Below, piece after piece: positions 25,229 to 38,184 of a stretch of 64,000 bases of DNA. Origin of the DNA: Lepidodermella squamata. Taxonomy: Eukaryota; Animalia; Gastrotricha. The position numbers were made by a program, and so were the translations under genes. Below the pieces are notes generated by a model that was not told where the DNA came from, made no database searches, and saw nothing but the letters and a program-made list of their open reading frames with translations. Within the stretch, counting starts at the first letter, position 1. The number at the start of each line of letters is the position of its first letter. Location: contig JBLDXI010000042.1 of the NCBI GenBank assembly GCA_047495785.1, positions 496,001-560,000 of the forward strand, written 5' to 3'.

Positions 25229-25669
25229 GTTTTAGGAGCTGATAAAATTCAAATTGATATTTGATGTTATACAAATGGAGAAGAATTTGTCGACTGAATG
25301 CGAGGCCTCTGAGCTTCTCAATAGCTAATCCTTTAAACAGCTGCTAAGAGCTACCCCGGGGCTATGAGCACGCAATTTATTCTTCTTCGTAGGTACTGGC
25401 TCGGTGCGAAATGCCAATTTCATATTACTTTTGACGAAATAAACAGCCTAGTACATGAAGACCATTCATCATAATGCTACTAGGCGCTGTTCGGCGGTAG
25501 CAAACAAAGCCAGAGAGGATCGGTAAAAAAAATAATAGCTCTAAGTCGCCGTCGGTATTTCAGCTGCAGTGCTTATTTTGCGCAGAAAGATCGGATAGGC
25601 ATCACTTTACCCTATTCACAAGTCAAATTTTACTTCATTTTGAAACACCCAAAATCATCAGCTCGAAAA

Positions 25670-26428
25670 ATGTTTTCTGCACACCTATTGCTGGCCAGTA
25701 TCGTCTCGAGCGTAAGCGTGGCTAACTGCAGGGAACGCCTATTGAAACATGGCGATTGTGAGTTTGAGTTGAATTTATAGGTGGCTGAGCATTTTCCTAT
25801 TTCAATAATTCTGTTTCCAAGTGACATGTGTACAATACAACACGGGAATGCAAGCTTCTGGCGGGGGCAATACGGCTTACTTTGACCGCCTCAATGTCGC
25901 CTGTCCTAATGGGCGAGTGCTCGCAAGATTCTTCCTTTGGCTGCCCTATCACTTGGAATTCAAGCACGATATCGAGTACTGGTGCTGCAACGCTCCCGTA
26001 TCGACATGCCAGGAGCGACGAACGGAGTATAGCGGCATTGAGAATGGACACGCTTACTACTTGGACAGGCAGAATGTTGCCTGCAAGGCAGATGAGTTCC
26101 TTAAGGAATATCAGTTGGAGACAAGCGATCTCAAGGACAAAGTTCGCTATCGCTACGTCTGCTGCGCTGTAAGTTTTATCCGGGTGAAAACTGCCGACAT
26201 ATTAAAATCTCCTCATAGGCAAATGGAGGAGTCACCAACACCAGGGCTATTAAAAACGCGTATACGGCCGATGGTTCAAGCGATGGCAACCTCGGCCAGT
26301 CGTGTTATCTAGACCGTCAAGACGTTTTCTGCCCAGCCGGCTCACTGATGCAGCAGTTCCATCTGGGGCGAAAGCTCGGAGGTGGCTATTACAGCTACGA
26401 TTACACATGTAGCGCCATCAAAAAGTGA
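25670..26428 (+). CDS. Three-repeat YLDRQ protein (copy 3; TY>SC in repeat 3); exons 25670-25757, 25822-26168, 26219-26428
   Basis: Splice phases checked by hand; 214 aa. Confidence 0.85.
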
Positions 26429-26933
26429 CCCAATGAGCGACATTTGATGAATGATGAGAAGAGTATTTGAAAGCTGTTTCGAGTGTGGATGCTAAATCAA
26501 TGTTACAATACCTTGAAGAAATGAGTAAAATAAAATGTTAGGCAAATCGTTTTTCTTGCATATTCAAGAGCCTGTAACAACAGATGAAGATGTCGAACCT
26601 TACCGCAGTGACTTTCATAAAGTTCATGTTTCCTGGAAAACAAATGATTTGCTTTGAAAAAAATCTTCAACTGCATCAATTATAATTCTCATGAAAAGTA
26701 ACATTTTATGACCATCCTCATGTTACGGCCATCCGTTCTAATTACTCAAGATGCTTTTAAACTTGAAACTTAGAGATGAGGCATATTTTTGACCTCAGCC
26801 GACCAGCCTATTTGAGGCCTACGTTAGCGTAGCGCGTTTGGTAGATGCGTGAATGAGTGTTTATTCAGCCGTTAGAGGACGCTAAGTGCTTAGCGAAATT
26901 GTTTTCGTAAATTTCTTATCAAATCCTAATCTG

Positions 26934-27206
26934 ATGGCAAAGTTGGTTCTATTTATTGCTGTTTGTGTAAGGTTTAAATGGATTATATTCAAGCTATATT
27001 ATCTGTGGATCCCTCAATGCTAACAGGTCTCTGTAGACTGCGTTGCTGGCTTTCGCAATGGAGCGCCTTGCAACGGCCAAGGTGCGGCTCCGGGAGTTTG
27101 GAATCTAAGCCCTTACACTGGCAGGTGGTCCTGTGAAAGCATTTACTGCCGCGAGGAACAAGTCCCGGTGGTTGACGGTTGGTGTGTGGAGATTGAACTC
27201 AAATAA
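26934..27206 (+). CDS. 70-aa secreted Cys peptide (copy 3); exons 26934-26966, 27027-27206
   Basis: Phase-0 GT-AG intron after codon 11. Confidence 0.8.
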
Positions 27207-28506
27207 AAAGCTGGAGTGCGTGCACAAAACCCGATGAGTTCACGGAAATTCGTGAGGCGGATGCGTTGTGAAGAGATCGGAAAGCTGTGAATGCAGTTAG
27301 TAACTGAATAAAAAATTGATATGCACGTTTGCCCTTGATTATCAGCCAAAAAATTGCTGATTAACTTGCCATGAAGTATGCCGTGGTGCCAAAGGGCAGG
27401 AGAGAAAATCGAAGCATTGAAATGCTGCTTGTTGTTGCGAGAGAAATATAGAAGCAGTGTGAAAGGTACAGGATAGATATTGGTCTATTCCGTTCCCATC
27501 GTTACAACCCCGGGCAGCGGTTCGAGAATAAAAGGGAAATTACGAGTCAAATAAATTTGTATTTTCAATGATGGGAAGAGTCTGCAACTTTTTCGATTGC
27601 GTTTCATTCCGATTTCAGTCTTTCCTCCATCTGTGACATCATGGATGGCAGTTTCACACTGACTCGCAATCGCCGACTTGCTTTCAAGTTTCAAGTCGTA
27701 GCTATATTTTCTGTTAATTTTCACGGAATACAATGAACAAAATCCATCAGTTGGGTTTGGATCTGCTGTCTCGTCCGATACATTTTCAGCGTTAATTTAT
27801 TCGACCTAGCTCCCACTAGGAACCCGTAGGAACTAGGAACGAAGATCGAGTGCGCCTTACGCCGTTATTTTACTTAACAAATGTTTGTTTTCCGGCATAT
27901 GGCTAGTTAAGTGCTTTTCGAAAATGTTGATGCGTGCTAAGATCATACATTATTTCTTCTTTTCATTTAAAACGTTCTTTTATTTTACCGTAAAAAATGG
28001 CGAGGCTTATTCTTCTCATTGCTGCTATGGTAAGGACAGCTTAAATAGTCGCATAATGAATCAACTAAATGCCTTAATTTTGCAATTCAGGCTGCTATCG
28101 TTAATATAACGGCTGCAGGGACCATAACCAAAGGGCAAGCATGTCGAACTCGGCACAATGCACCGGGGCATTATGTATGGAGCTGCGGGATGACTTGCGA
28201 TTGGACCTGCGTGAAAAATCCTATCCCACGCGAAGACGTTCAGTCAGAGGAAGCCGCTCGCACGCGTTCATGCAAGACGCCGCTTGGAACGCTTGGCATT
28301 TGGAGATTAAACTCTCAGAAAAAACCAGTGTGCGTTTCAGTGTAGTTCAGTGAAATTCGGCGCTTCACAAGGCGGATGTGACGAGGAGAAATCGGCCAGC
28401 TGTATCTAGCATCACTAAATCGCTGAGGGCTTAGGGCCATACTGTTGATTACTGAATAAAATGGTTGAAAATCTATATGAGTATTTGCTCAGATAATGCC
28501 ACTTAA

Positions 28507-29025
28507 GGGTTCAGAAAGTCTAAAATGAGAGATCAATTCATATCTGACGGCCAGAAAATATTCAGAAAAATTCAAAAAATTACGACAATGGTAATCATAT
28601 ATGCCAGTTGTTTAAAGGATTAAAAAGTCCGGAGATATGTTTGTCCAACGGCATAAAATACCGAAAATTACCGAACCAGTTACAATCGACATGAGACGTA
28701 CCAGGACGCGGCGGCTTCGAAGCTTTTGCAGGCTAGTGCAAAAAGCTGATCTTTGCGTAAATAAGTGCTTTCGTGAATGAGATTTTTTGCTGGTCGCATA
28801 AGAAAAATAACGATCGCTGCAAATGAGGTTATTTTCAGCCACAATAACCTTTTGACCTTATTAAAAAATAACACAGAAATCAGGCATTTAAATCGATGCG
28901 CTGCGTCCTGGTACGTCTCATGACCATCGAGAATTTCCGGGTTTTCTCTACTGAATTCATTGTTTTAACACATTGGCTGCCAATTACACACATGTGTGTA
29001 TTTCATGTATGTGGTGCTCGGATTA
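28507..29025. repeat. Longest copy of repeat X (possible non-autonomous DNA transposon) with a 20-bp internal inverted repeat
   Basis: CATGAGACGTACCAGGACGC at 28690-28709 and its complement at 28903-28922. Parts recur inverted at 21295-21485 and 10874-11169. Starts after TTAA. Confidence 0.6.
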
Positions 29026-29617
29026 CACACATGTGTGTATCAGCGCTCATCTTCATTATTACGTAGCCTAAGATGATAGTATTTGAGGTTTAAGGCAATT
29101 CTTGGGCGTAGAACTCAATTTTGTCGACAGATTTCAGCTACCGATAATCGTTATCGATTCAATCAGTGATTGATTGGTTATCGATCGATTATCGAATTTT
29201 AATAAAAAATCTGACTCGACAGAATTGTTCCTCGCTATTTAATTACTAAAGAACCTAGTTCAATGTGACCAGTTAACGGATTTATTTCCTTTGTAAAATT
29301 CGCGTAAAAGAGTGCGACAACAATTATTTTTTTCAGAAACAGTTATTCAATTATTTTTTTGATGCTCTAAAGCACATTTGTCACACAAAGAAATCATGCA
29401 AATTGGCAACAGTAGCGCCGGGGGGAACCGGAACAAGTCATATGGAAAAGACCTGAATGTAGAAGAAACTAGTGGAAATACGGTGATTACGGGAAAAATT
29501 GCCCACGGTTGGAGAATTTTATTTACGAAGTAATTGAGTAGCTATTATAGAAATAAAATGAACAAGTCATTAAAACGAGGATTTGTTACTGTTACTGTTA
29601 CTGTTACTGTTACTGTG

Positions 29618-30989
29618 TTACTGGCGAATAAGTTTCAGCCAATCTGGTTGATTGATTAGTTTATCCGACGCAAGTTTGATCTTCGTGTAACGTGGATCCA
29701 TCGACACACTTTTCCCGGCGAACGGTGAGAGAATGCAATTTTTAATCAACAATTGTTTCCCTTTTTTCCAGTTCTTGTAATCAGCAAGTTCTCGCCAGGC
29801 CGTCGCCATTATGCTTCTTTTTCCATCACCAAGATAAATCTTTCTTCGCTCCTAGTAGAAGAAATGTAAAGGCAGAATAAAAGGAAGGAAAGAATTTTAC
29901 GTAATCTCCTTTTTGCCCTTCCTTTTGTGCGATGGTCGAAAACACGTAGGCGCGCAAATTGATTGATTTCTTATCAATTTTAAGCTTTGCCAGGTCGGAA
30001 ACGTCATAATACTTGTCTTCCTTTTTAGCTGAAATTTCAAGTGGGACACCTTGACAGTTCGGCAAGCAAAGGTGTGTGATTTGATTTTTATTATTGATTT
30101 TGATCTTCATAGGCCTTGATCTTGTGGATGGCTCTACTTCAGCGTTGGATATCTTATAACTGCACTTGATGTTGATTTTTTTTGATACTTTCTTCCCAAA
30201 ATTCAATCGGCAATCCGTCTTCCCGTCATTGAAATACACCGAGCATGAGCTGCCACTCCTAAATAATAAGCCTTAAAAAAGAGTATTGCAAGAATAGAAA
30301 ATACTTTTGAATGAGTTTCTTGGCGACTGCCTCAACATTCCATTTTTCGAGTCCGTCATACAAATCGGTGAACAACAACTTTTTCCTTGATTCCTTTTTC
30401 ATCGATTTCTTGTAATCGTAACTCTTCGACTTCTTAAAGGAATGACAATAAAATTGGGATATAACACATCTTACTGAAGCAATACCTTATCACCCGATGC
30501 TACTTTTCGACCTTCCTTACTGTCGGTTACGAGTTTTCCTTCATAAACGTCGTTTGACTCACTACCTCCATCAGAGCAAGAATCGGAGTTTTCGGAAGAA
30601 CTACAGTTGGACGATTGGACGTCGTCGTCAGAATCCTTTTCCGCGGCAATATCTTGGCGATTTTCGGACTGTTCACTTTCTGCATCGGACTCGTCGGTTT
30701 CTTGTTCACTGTTCACTTCAGATTCGGCAGGCGTGTCTTCCTCCTCGTCAACATTCAATTGATTCGCTTCGGAATGTTGAATCTCGTCTTCATCAGACTC
30801 GTCGGTTTCCTTTTCACTGTTCACCTTAGATTCGACAGATTTGGCTGTTTTCTCCTCAGCTTCCTCGCGAACTTGTTCCAACTTTCGCGGTTTCTTCCCT
30901 CGCGTCGGCTTGAAGGATGCTAAGCCTTCGAACAGGTACTGATCCGTCGGCTGCTTTAATGTACCCCTCGTTTTCATAGAGATACTCAA
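29618..30989 (-). CDS. Unknown multi-exon gene with an acidic D/E/S-rich duplicated segment, possibly Helitron cargo
   Basis: Three colinear minus-strand ORFs separated by short AT-rich gaps; repeats ESKVNSEKETDESD / ESEVNSEQETDESD. Confidence 0.45.
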
Positions 30990-31220
30990 TGTAAAATGCT
31001 CTAATGAGGAGTTAGAAATAAGTTACGTTGAAAACTGATTCGAGTAGACCATAACGTTACGCTTTGTAGACAACGCAAATATCGTCTCGACAACCAACAT
31101 CAAGAACTTATGAAGTTCTATATGACGAAAATTGAAAAACGCATTCCCGATTAAGATATTACTCTTAAAAAATTCCTTTAAAGGACGAGCGAAACTGCAC
31201 CTAACCTTTCACCTTGCCCT

Positions 31221-33352
31221 TCATCTGTGTGAGTTGACTGCCATTCGATATTTATCTATGGTTGCTGCAGACAAGAAATGAAGGCGGTCATCTTCATCAA
31301 GCAATTCTTCATCAAGCAAGTTCTCAGCTGTTATCTTCTTCTGTAGCCAGACGCCGTCTCTGGTTCGGGAGCGTGACAAATCTGTATAGAGCATGTGAGG
31401 ATCAATTTTGCCACGATACATTTGAGGTTTGACATCGGAAATGACCAGGCGATCGACCGTACAGCCTTGCAGACCAAAGCATGTCGTACCAAAGGCCGGA
31501 ATAATGGGATATTGTCTGATCGTGTATCGGTGTTGCTGAAACTGATATTAAATCGGCAGCTTGAAGACAATAGATATGAGTAAGTTAATGGAAATCAGCT
31601 CACCGGCGTAGACGACGTAAAAAACATCTTCATGGACAAGGGAAGGGACGGCGTCAACCAAGCGTGAGTCACGATTGTCAAACTTTATTAGATGAGACTT
31701 CAAAACCTCGCCAGCACCGCCATATACGACTTCAATTTTCCCGAGGCTTTGTGCCATAGCGACAGTTTGAAGCGTGTGCCAATCCGCGCGTCTGAATAGT
31801 TCGTGGTCTCCCGTGACGAATTTGTCGGCTATTGAAAATCGAGGGGGGCGGAATTTCGCTGTCGCTTTCGCTTTACCTTTTTCCAGTTTTCGTTGAATGC
31901 CTCGCAAATGTGCCCATGCCCTTCGTTCCATCCATACAGACCATTCACCCTGAATCTTCTCGAATGATCTCGGAGACAACAACAATCCTTTGAGCCTTTT
32001 GTCGATGCGTGAACAATCGTACTCTTTCAATATCGGTTTCGTGGCCCATTTTCCTGGTCTGAAAAGAAAGGCACGTTTCCTCGCAAGTTCAACAGAAAAA
32101 TATTACCTCAGGACAAGACGCATGGCTCGAAACGGCAAATCGGTAACTTTTATCTGTTTGCACTTGACACGATACTGCCATTCGTCAGTGACGCAGCAAG
32201 CCCGAAGCCCAACATTTTTGTCCTTAAAATGATCAATGCATTGCTTTTCCAATAAAGCTTGGCGTTCTTCAGTCAACGGGATAAGTACGAATCGGCTATT
32301 CATCGTAGCCACTTCTTCAAGCGACAGGTGGATGAGTTTCTTTTTTTCTTGTCTCGCCAACTTGACCTCCATCAAGCGTTCAGTTTTCTCATCAGATGTT
32401 TCCGATGCGAGTTTGTGTTTTCTATTTGCGGCTTTTTGATTTGACCTCTGTAAGATTGTATGCATTTTAATATAAATTTAGTCTCACAGTCAAATATGAT
32501 TTACCCACGAATAACTCACCATGTTTTTCGATTCACGTGATTCGTTTGCCCTCTTTTCAGTTTCGGCTTCAAGGCGGTACAACCTTGCTTCAAGCGTTTC
32601 ACTTGCTAGCTTGATGGCCTTAGCTTCCAGCCGATCCGTGGTTTCTTCGGGCGTCTCCAAAGACCGCCGAATGGCGATCGCTTCCTTCTCCTTTACCCTC
32701 CGGGTCTCGGTTCGTTCTGGCTTCTCCAAAGACCGTCGAATGACAGCAGCTACTCTCATTTTGGCCAGACGATCCAAATAGCGCTGAGGTTTCTCATTCA
32801 GGCGACGATTTCTGTCCCTAATTTGCTTTTTAGATGTCTGTTCCTTTTCGTGATTCGTGACACTCTCAGTTTTATTGCCATTTATTGCCATTGCCAAGTT
32901 TAGCTTTAAGAAATGATTATAGCATCAATTTTCCTCTCGAAAATTATATTACATGCCTATGAGAGTATAACACGTCGCGGAAGAACTCGCACTTCGGAAA
33001 AAGTCCGACTGTACCCGAGTACAGTAGGTGTAAATATAATGGAAAAATACAGCCAGCCAACCGTACTCGACAGTACAGCAATCAGAAAAAAACACCTAAG
33101 TGCGAGTTCTTCCGCGACGTGAACATAAGAGTAAAATTATAAGAGTAAGAATTTAATTTGCTCAAAATGTATAAGTTGCTCTTTGCTCAAATTGTATTAT
33201 TTATTGTTATAACAATCAAAGTTTATTGTCTTGCGTGACAGGCGTGCATAGACTGTGCGCACACTGGCGGCTTGTCTTGTGGAGTGCGCGACAGGCGTGC
33301 ATAGACTGTGCGCACACTGGCGGCATACAAACAAACAAACAAACAAACAACT
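31221..33352 (-). mobile_element. Internally deleted Helitron/Helentron-like Rep-helicase remnant
   Basis: N-terminal ETPEETTDRLE-type repeats; PIF1 motif V (RQYPIIPAFGTTCFGLQGCTVD) and motif VI (LYTDLSRSRTRDG); (CAAA)n and a tandem repeat at the 5' side. The Rep core is absent. Confidence 0.7.
32971..33121. mobile_element. 151-bp MITE with CAC termini (CMC/CACTA-like)
   Basis: Perfect 24-bp TIR CACGTCGCGGAAGAACTCGCACTT; AA on both flanks. Confidence 0.85.
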
Positions 33353-33559
33353 TGTCAACTCACAAACGGTGACAGTATGGGGGTTCCCCCCGGCCTTTGG
33401 CAGAACTTTGAAGTAGCTTTTCGAACCTTACTCCTGCTCCAACATTTCTGGCAGTTGGTTCGTTTTCGCCGGTTGCCTTTGTCTCTTTCCTCTTTTCGAG
33501 CAATAATGTGTTTACCACCACGAAGATTTGCAACGTCATCAACGGGCTCTGCGAAACGG

Positions 33560-34650
33560 CGGTATTTTCAGGTTGGCATACGTTGACGATATCAGGTTGG
33601 CACGTCGTGGTTATCAAATGAACCTCCCTTTTGTCCTTGAACTTGAGGTATGTTAACCCGTGATCTCGAATCATTGCGCTAGCAACGGTTCCTTTTTCTA
33701 GCTTCGCTTCAGTAACCGATGTAGGCAGACCCCTAGAGCGAAATAATATAATCTAACTTCGAACCAGTCTTACTTATTCTTACTTGCGATTGCGACGAAT
33801 GGTGCCAGTGCAATGAGTTCTGCAGCAATCAAAGATTTTGCCAGACACATTGATGCATACCAGTTATCAACAAACAAATGCCGCCCTTGATTCAATAAAT
33901 TACTGTTTCGTAAAAGCCTCCTGACTATTCGCTCCGCTTTGTTACGATCTTTATCATCTTCGTTTTTTCCAGCATAGACTTCCAAATCAACAACGTACCC
34001 TGGGTAAATTTTAAAATTTTTAAAATTTTAAATATTTCTATAATTTTTTAAATGAAAATTTGAAATACAATTTCAAAATTTTTATATTTTCAAATTTTTC
34101 AAATTTTTATAATATCAAATTTTTCAAATTTTTCAAATATTTAAAATTTCAAATTTTTCAAATTTGTAAATTTTTATAATTTTCTTACCAGTTACGTTGC
34201 ACAGCTTGAGTAGTTTGATACCGAACTTTTTCCCTGAGGGTGCTTTTTCCCTTTTATGTACTGACGCCAATAAAGTCTTCCTCGCCAAGGCACCATTGTT
34301 TCATTTATTACAATATCTTCAACGGGGTTGTAGGCCGTTCGAAATTGAGTTACCAATTCATCAATGACCGGGGTTACCCGCCAGAGTCTGTCGCTCATTG
34401 CTTCGATATCGCCCTGCTCCAAATTCGTCGGATCTCGAAAGTCCCAATGTGTCAGCAATTCGAAAAATCGAGTACGGGAGAAGAATCGTGGGACAACCAT
34501 GTTATGGTAAAGTAAATTGTTGCTCCAATAGTTTTCGATGCGAGGATATTGAACAAGACCCATGTAGATCAGAATAGCAAGAAACAGAATGACTTTAGCA
34601 ACTGAGGTGCGTTTCCAAGCTCCACTCGGGTTATTCCGATCACCAGTAGC
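33560..34650 (-). pseudogene. piggyBac (PGBD4-like) transposase remnant with introns
   Basis: FLAILIYMGLV..YWS, SRTRF, INETMVPWRGR..QYIKGK, EVYAGK, GRHLFVDNWYAS, KDKREVHLITT; frameshifts; first catalytic D replaced by N. Confidence 0.88.
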
Positions 34651-36139
34651 ATTCGTGTTGTCGGTTGAATATCGCAGAAAGTCGTACTTTTCTCTCGGTA
34701 GTGGTACACTTACTGCCAAAATGATGGGCGCATGCCCATTTTTATACTTATCTGACATATCGTCACGTTGCGTTTGAAAGGGGCCGCTATTTTATTTTTA
34801 TTACTACAATTGAATATAATTACCGAATATGGCTCAAATTTTATATCATTTAACTCCTCTCGCGATGACCTATCCAATGATGCAGGTAGTATTCACATAA
34901 TTACTTTCGTTGTAATTCAAACCTGAATTTAATTTAACCGTGTTTTTTATTTATTATCGATGCAGATTCACAGTATTTCTATTATTAATATTCTTGACAT
35001 CAGTTCCGCCCAATGGGAGGCGGCTAATGAATTGCCGTTTTTGATCGATCTGACGGCTTCCGCAGGGTAGATCACGGTCAAGTGAGAAAGGCCCTTTCAT
35101 GAGTCAGGGTGAATTTATCACCCCTAGCGGAAAAACCGAAACATCTCAACGATGTCAAGTTCATGTGCGGATCAATTTTCCATGTTAAGACATATGATGT
35201 TCTTGCATGAACTTAAACCACATAAACCACACATCAAATCGTACATGAATGTGTGATGGAAACAGCAATATCATGTCGTGTTGAATGATGAAAAACATTT
35301 TATTTTTATGTTTTTGCGGCACACGTTCATTTCAAGTTCTTGCACGATCTCACACGGTCTTGCAGGTTCCTGCGTAGACGTCAACTTGGACGTTTTCTTT
35401 GATTCCTCCACCGAATCCTGACAATTGAGGCAGAATTTCGATCGCCAAGTTTCAGCTGCAACCGTTTGAGAACTTTAGTTTCTAACTTCAACAGATGCCT
35501 GAGCTGCTTTTTTAGAAAAATTCAACTTGTAGATTGTATACCTGAGTCGACGCTAGGTACGCAATAACGATCTTAGGCAACATTGATTTTTTATTAATGG
35601 AAAATGACCAGAATAGCGTTTATCAACATGCACTTTTCAATTCATCAATTTGTAAAATAGATTTCCCGGTCGATTTATCGTTAACTGGAGCGGAGAAAAT
35701 CAGAATAGCCTTTCGGTGCTGTTTTGCTAAAAATAGACCTTGAGACACACAATCAGAAATTAACGGGGGTCACATGGCGCTGTAGTAAATTAATCAACAC
35801 AATGGTACAAACGCCACTGATAACAAACCAACGACTACGCAGTATAAGCGGAACATGATACTGACAACAATATCAAAATATTGCAAGTGTTATACTGTTA
35901 CTGTTACATATTCGTCGATTCTTTGATTTACAAAGATAATTTCAAGCGCAAGCAGTCTAAATAATTATCTTAGGCCGTAGGCGATATTTTAGGGATAATT
36001 CGTAGCGTCCATGCAATTCAGGGAGGCGAATATTATTTGGGGTATGCTGCTACTGAGAGAAATGGAGCGTGTAGCCGATTTGAACGATTTGCAGAGGCTT
36101 GTTTATAAAAATAGCATGTTTATAGAAATTACAACTCCC

Positions 36140-36740
36140 CTGCCCCTACAACTCGTTGCTAATCACTTCGAGACATAACAAAATTCGCCAGAAAATAGCG
36201 AACGAATTGCGCGGCCAGGGATATAATGTCACTGAGGAAGGACATTGTGTAGCCAGCAACGGCTCTTCTCGACGCTTTGATATCCTAGCCCTCTGAAAAG
36301 GAAGCCGAACAGGAATAATTATTGATCCAACTATCAGATGCGAGTCTTCGCAAAACCAATTCGAATTGGTCGATGCGGAAAAACGCGCAATATACGAGCC
36401 GTGTAGCAAGTTTATTTGCGAAGCATACAACCTAGATTCAATAGAAGTACATGGACTATACATCGGTGCCTGCGGATCCCTGACAACAGAAGCCGTAAAA
36501 CTTCTGCGCGACTATGGCATCAACGCCGGCACAGCCATCGATATCGCTTCACAGGCCCTCAAAGACAGTATTCGAATTCTTCACCACCATCTATATTCCA
36601 ACCCACGATAACTAACCAATACTTATTATTAAGAAATATCACCTATACTGAAATTAATTAACTCATATCTCTGTGTCTTAAAGGCAATGTTACTAATAAT
36701 TATGTAACGCAGACCACCAATAAATCGGTATCTCTCTCAA
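36140..36740 (+). mobile_element. 5'-truncated RLE-type (R2/NeSL/R4 group) non-LTR retrotransposon 3' end
   Basis: SRHNKIR...EEGHC...RRFDI*...IIDPTIRCE...VDAEKRAIY...GLYIGACG (restriction-like endonuclease), with an in-frame stop near 36294. Confidence 0.8.
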
Positions 36741-36997
36741 GGCTAGATTTGATCTTGGATATTTATCTTATCAGTGAAGTCCTGATCTATCTCAGTCCAC
36801 ACATGTTGCTTGTATTTTTCATTGAAAAGAGCCACATTGAAAAACTCGCCCAAGAAGCAACTGACGTCGGAATCCGTCTACACGCCTTGACCGGCGACAA
36901 TCACCGAGCCAACATTGCAACCGTCGAGACTTTGGGAATGTCAAATGAAATCGGAGAAACTAATGTTGTTGAAAAATTGGCGAGGTTCAGCTTCCGG

Positions 36998-37164
36998 CAG
37001 TGTGCGAAGTAGGAACCGGGAGCTAAGGTGTTTTCTACTTGTTTTCTATGACCCAGCAGAGGAAACCAAAGGGTCCCCCCTGTGGATTTTTTCAGCCTTC
37101 CTCTGGTTGCAGTCCCGGAGCTGGGGTGTCGCGACACCCCAGCACCCCTGTACTTCGCACCCTG
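36998..37164. mobile_element. hAT-type MITE
   Basis: TIR CAG(T/G)GTGCGAAGTA; 8-bp TSD GCTTCCGG/GCTTTCGG. Confidence 0.8.
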
Positions 37165-38184
37165 GCTTTCGGTGAAAATGTTCTGGCTTCCAGATCAGTC
37201 GCATAACATAAAGCAGCTGCGCGGCCATTTCTCAACATCTGAGATCATCGAATTCACTCTGAAGAATGTGAAGCACGCTGCCAAGTGGAAAGATCTTGTT
37301 GCTATGGTGGAATTGAAGAAAAGGCTTGGCCGGACCTTTGCAACACCGTTTGATCAACAGCACCTCGACTGGTGGACCGCGCCTATGAGAGTTTATCTTG
37401 CCGAACAGATGTTCAGCGAACGTAACGTGAAGTGCCTCATGCTAGGAGAAAGGGCCGGCGTGCCAAGTTTAAAGCAGTCGAGAGGAACTCAGGTTTTCTT
37501 GCAAGCTATCGATCGCAGAAATGATCGTTGCAACAGCCGTTCGCCAGTCGGCGACAAGCCCGCAAGATCTGCAGTTTAAAGCTAGCTTCAAACAAGTTGA
37601 AGCTGACTTGGAATCGGCGTGCGAAGTGCTTGAATCAGCGTTCATCACAAGGAAAGTTTGGAATCCAAAAAGCAAGAAATACGAATTCCGGCGAGAAAAA
37701 GCGGTAGAGTCGCAAGTTAGTGCCGGCTTTGTCGGCTAAGTTATCGCCTGCCGGGCGGTTCGCGAAATCACGAAGTCGCTTTTGGACAATTTCAATTTCA
37801 AGTTCGTTCGAACTTATTACTTTCGCGATGACGTGACCGAACTGCTATTTGGATTCCTTAGAAGTTGCGGTGGTTGCGCAACCAATCTCACCCAGCCGCA
37901 AATCTTGGCAGGCATTCAGAATTCAATAATTTATCGAACCAATAAGGCGCGAACTTCGCATGTGAAAAGTGAGGGGTCGAATAGTACTTTCTCAGTGTGG
38001 AGTTGTTTGCCGAAGCCGAAGAAGATCCAGGCTGCTGATACTGATGACCGAAAAATTGAAGAAGCTGTCTCAGCTATGATATTGAATGCTGAAAAGCAGC
38101 GAGACGAGTCGGCATGTGAAAACTTACGTACAAGGCTGCAGTCACCTGTTCTGACTATGCGAGAAGCGAATGACTCATATACAG

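Larger units (their letters stand above)
23405..28501. repeat. Inverted copy (~1.13 units) of the 4,503-bp unit
   Basis: Reverse complement of the left array; ORFs at 23638 and 28141 are 4503 bp apart. Confidence 0.98.

Noticed and set aside
10874-29025. One giant transposon with ~300-bp TIRs, or the Maverick's TIRs
   Set aside because: No TSD, both ends carry templated scars, and part of the repeat also occurs internally; better explained as dispersed repeat copies.
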